A stretch of DNA of 63,727 nt, filler included, from Hyphochytrium catenoides (Eukaryota; Protista; Hyphochytriomycota): the NCBI GenBank assembly GCA_900088475.1. It is 10 parts of 10 records of this genome, joined end to end, with 100 filler letters (N's around TTAATTAATTAA, not from the genome) between each part and the next. Parts side by side here need not be neighbours in the genome. Positions count along the whole stretch, not along the records: positions 40,945 to 63,727 come from FLMG01002633.1; 9 more parts are not named here. The stretch is one strand, 5' to 3'. The notes under the pieces are model-generated. The model worked only from the letters and a program-made list of their open reading frames with translations. It was not told the origin of the DNA and made no database searches. Below are positions 60,694-63,727 of the stretch, piece after piece. How positions within the stretch are numbered: position 1 is the first letter of the stretch; each line of letters begins with the position of its first letter. Made by a program: the position numbers and the translations under genes.

Positions 60694-62076
60694 TCAGGCA
60701 GGGGAGAGAGAGAACCTCTCTCCTGTGCCTCTTTCTCTCTCTCTCTCTCTCTTCAATTTCTTCCCCAGCACAGCCTCCGCAATCCCTGTTGCACAGCCTA
60801 AACCTATGGCAATCCCGACCAGCGCCATCGCAGGCGCCTGCGGTCTCTTCTCTCTCTCATAGTAAAACCACATCATAAAGGCCACGGCGTACTGTATAAA
60901 ACAATGGAGATTCTGAAAAAAGAGAAGCCATCCAAGGTAGTTCCATCGTCTCTCTCTCTCTCGGGAGAGATCAGCCGCAGGAGAGAGAGAGAGGGGGGAA
61001 GAGAGAGAGAAAGAAGGAAGAGAGAGGAGAGAATTGTCTCCTGGGAGAGTGTTTCGTTTCTCGTCTCTCTCTCTTTCTCTCTCTTCTTCTGCATCTTCCA
61101 TGTCTTCATCAAGAATGCTCCACGAGTATCTCTTCTTCAAGGCTTTTCTATAGTGATCCTGCCAGGAGAGAGACGTCGCCTCTCTCTCTCTTTCTCTCTC
61201 TCTCTTCTCTCCTTTCTCTCTCTGTATCCGATGCACAGCAACAGGAGAAGAGGACGAGAGAGAGAGACGTGACCAATAGAAGAAGAGCCTGGCTCTTTCT
61301 GGTTGAAGAAAGAGACAAGAGAGAGTGAAGACAGCAGTGAGGATCTGCGCGCAAACTTCAATGATGAACTCTCCTTGCTCTTTTGAGACAGACAGAGCGC
61401 CCACCAAGGCTAAGAAAAGTACTGCCCCTGGAACCACGATAGAGAGAGAGAGCAAGAGATAAAAGAGAAGAAGAGAGAGAGGCTGCTCTCTCGCCCAGGA
61501 GAGACCTTCTTTATAGAGTTTGTCCCATGACTCTCGCAGAGGAGAAGGAGAGATTGCTTTCTCTTTCTTCAGAGAGAGAGAAGGAAGAGCGCCAAGCGTG
61601 CTACCCGAGAGAGAGACCTTGTGCACGGGGAGATTGCTGTCTCTCTCTTTCTCTCTCTCTTCTCTCTCCTGATGATAATCCTCTCTCCGTCTTGGACTAT
61701 GAAGCGCGTCTCCTCTGTGAATCAGGCTCAATGTTCCTCTTCTGGGAGTCTCTCCCAAAGTCTCTCCTCTCTCTGTTACCCGAAGGAACTCAACGTTTCT
61801 CTCTCCTTTCTCTCTCTCTCCTTTCCGTCTCTCCTCTTCCGATGTCTCTTCCTCATAATAGACATCAAACGTAGAGAGTTCTCCCCCTTCTCCTGGTCCT
61901 GTGGGCGTAGAAGAGAGAACGTAGCGGTAGAGACTGTCTCTCTCTTTCTCTCTTTCTCTCCCCAGTCTCTCTGGGGAAGAGAGAGAGGTTGCGGTGTAGA
62001 AACTATCTGCCGCGGAAGTGGAGGAGAGGATTGACTCTCTCCTCCTGGCACTTTCTCTCTCTATGTCACTTGTCAT
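60694..62076 (-). CDS. DUF2985-like multi-pass membrane protein, intronless (paralogue B)
   Basis: VPGAVLFLALVGAL...IIEVCAQILTAVFT and HCFIQYAVAFMMWFY...RP align with paralogue A; first ATG at 62076. Confidence 0.75.
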   Translation of the reverse strand: MTSDIERESARRRESILSSTSAADSFYTATSLSSPERLGREREKERDSLYRYVLSSTPTGPGEGGELSTFDVYYEEETSEEERRKGEREKGERNVEFLRVTERGETLGETPRRGTLSLIHRGDALHSPRRREDYHQEREEREKERDSNLPVHKVSLSGSTLGALPSLSLKKEKAISPSPLRESWDKLYKEGLSWAREQPLSLLLFYLLLSLSIVVPGAVLFLALVGALSVSKEQGEFIIEVCAQILTAVFTLSCLFLQPERARLFFYWSRLSLSSSSPVAVHRIQREKGEKREREREREATSLSWQDHYRKALKKRYSWSILDEDMEDAEEERERERDEKRNTLPGDNSLLSLPSFSLSSPLSLSPAADLSRERERRWNYLGWLLFFQNLHCFIQYAVAFMMWFYYEREKRPQAPAMALVGIAIGLGCATGIAEAVLGKKLKRERERERGTGERFSLSPA

Positions 62077-62635
62077 CCTTGTTCCTCTTCTTTCGCGTCT
62101 TCTCTCTCTGTGTATATGTCTCTCTCTCCTTTGGTCCTTTTCTCTCTTTCTCTCGCTCCTTTTGTTTCCAAAGGACAAAGAATTGAAGAGGAGAGAGAGA
62201 GACCTTTCCGCAGTTCTCTTCCTCTCTCTCGGGCTTTGGCTTCTTCTTGATCGGAGCTCCTCTTCAGAAACAACAGAATTATATAAAAAGAAGATCGATC
62301 AAAAAGGAGAAGAAATACGGAGAGAAAAGAGAGAAAGAGAGAGAGAGACGGAGAGAGAGGGAGAAGAAAGGAAGAGAGAGAGAAGAACCAACTTGCTGCT
62401 TCTCTCCCGCGGTTCACCAGCAAAAAGTATAAAGAGTAACGTAATCTGTGAGAGAGAGAGAGAGATTGTGAGCCGGCAACTCTGTTCTTCCTACTCTCAG
62501 CCCGCAGAACGGCGCCGCCAAGACAACGACGGCTGACAAGAAAGAAGACACTGGGACGGAACACGCACAGAGAGAGAGAGAGAGAGAGAGAGGTGGGGNN
62601 NNNNNNNNNNNNNNNNNNNNNNNNNNNNNNNNNNN

Positions 62636-62672
<37 letters not shown>

Positions 62673-62892
62673 GGAGAGACCTGGAAAGAGAGGAGGAAGA
62701 AAGCTAGCTTTCAAGAGAAAGAGAAGGGCTTCATTTGTGAAGACATACAGACGAAAGGTCAACGCGTGCGAGAGGCGGCGCAAGCCAAGAATAAACAGCA
62801 AGGGAGGAAAAAGAGAGAGAGAAAAGAGGAACAGAAAGAGAGACAGTGAGAGAGAGAGAGAGAGAATGAGAGAGTGAGAAGGAGAGAGAGAG

Positions 62893-62929
<37 letters not shown>

Positions 62930-63200
62930 GGAGAGAGCAGCTGATGACAAAGCAGCGGTCCTTCAGAAGAAGACAGGGATGAGAGGAGAATGTGACTTTG
63001 GGAGCATCGAGAGAGAAAGAGACAGAGGAAAGAACAGCAGCATCTGCAGTAGAAAGAGACAGAAAAGAGAGAGAACCATAATTCTATGATGGTTGGACTA
63101 AGACAGAGAGAAAGAGAGAAAAGCGAGAGGGAAGAGCATGGATGGAAAAGAGGGAGAGAGAGAAAGAGAGAGAGGGAGAGAGAGAGACAGAAAGAGGTAG

Positions 63201-63232
<32 letters not shown>

Positions 63233-63727
63233 AGGAAGAGAGAGAGGGAGGGAGAGCGAGAGAGAGCGAGAGAGAGTCGTAGGGAGGAAGAGAGGGAGAG
63301 AGTACATGAAAGAGAGAGGCAGAGACACAGAGATAGAGAGAGAAAGAGCAAGAGAGAGAGAGAGAGAGAGAGAGAAGAAAAAGAAAGACCAGGAACTTGT
63401 CTCTTTTGCAGGTGCTGTGCCTTCTATCAGTAGCCGTTACTGGCCAGCACACATACACCTAACGCTGCAAACTACACGAACACAAGCCCAACGGCCTAAC
63501 ATCGACAACGCACACCTCAGCAACCATAATAAACGAAGCATCCCGTTTCCACCTCCAGACGTGGACCAGGGTACCCACCACACCATTGTGAGTAAGGACT
63601 ATTTACTATAAATAATGTGACATGTGGCCCGCTCCCCTTAGACAGGTAGTCTGTTGCTTGGGGAAGTGGTTGCAAGTACAGTAACGACCTGATTGTCTCC
63701 TTTCTCTTTCTCTCTCTCTCTCTCTCT

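Larger units (their letters stand above)
1..63727. repeat. Pervasive (GA)n/(CT)n microsatellites and degenerate polypurine/polypyrimidine tracts
   Basis: Very many tracts in introns, UTRs, intergenic DNA and exons; largely absent from 2413-5387, 15286-16674, 18250-24200 and sparse in 35650-37396. Confidence 0.99.

Noticed and set aside
472-63611. Most ORFs in the track reading SLSLSL or RERERE
   Set aside because: They are translations of (CT)n/(GA)n tracts, which lack stop codons; many lie in introns or antisense to real genes.
63400-63700. Repeat-free segment at the window end
   Set aside because: No convincing ORF, motif or structure; it could be a promoter island or transposon fragment but cannot be called.
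1-63727. Alternative genetic code, CRISPR array, tRNA or rRNA genes
   Set aside because: Conserved exons translate with the standard code and end in TAA, TAG or TGA; no repeat-spacer array or structural RNA was recognisable by eye.

Overview
Eukaryotic draft-assembly window, not contiguous: ten short scaffolds are joined by nine artificial 100-nt linkers (N44-TTAATTAATTAA-N44), so adjacency across a linker is meaningless. Ciliary genes (IFT52, BBS2) indicate a flagellated eukaryote; the HECT and RNase H sequences look stramenopile/oomycete-like to me, but that is recall, not a search. Most scaffolds are saturated with (GA)n/(CT)n microsatellites, which produce most of the spurious SLSL/RERE ORFs in the track and also invade real exons. 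Reading splice sites by hand gives BBS2 (3' part), an intronless ankyrin-repeat gene, IFT52, USE1, CBS, a HECT E3 ligase, a GNL3/NUG1-like GTPase with degenerate G2/G3 motifs, an archaeal/bacterial-type RNase H with a presequence, RagC/D, a prolyl-4-hydroxylase-like gene, a secreted defensin-like protein, AMPK-gamma, a CaMKK-like kinase, a WD40 gene, PPTC7 and two intronless DUF2985-like paralogues. The most unusual structure is 18.3-21.9 kb: three consecutive diverged fold-back palindromes, two built from a decayed PIF1/Helitron-type helicase and one repeating the centre of the second; this is a candidate hairpin-RNA silencing locus. Also notable is a recurrent 5'-(GA)n...(CT)n-3' polarity inside introns. 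All family assignments are from motif recognition by eye.
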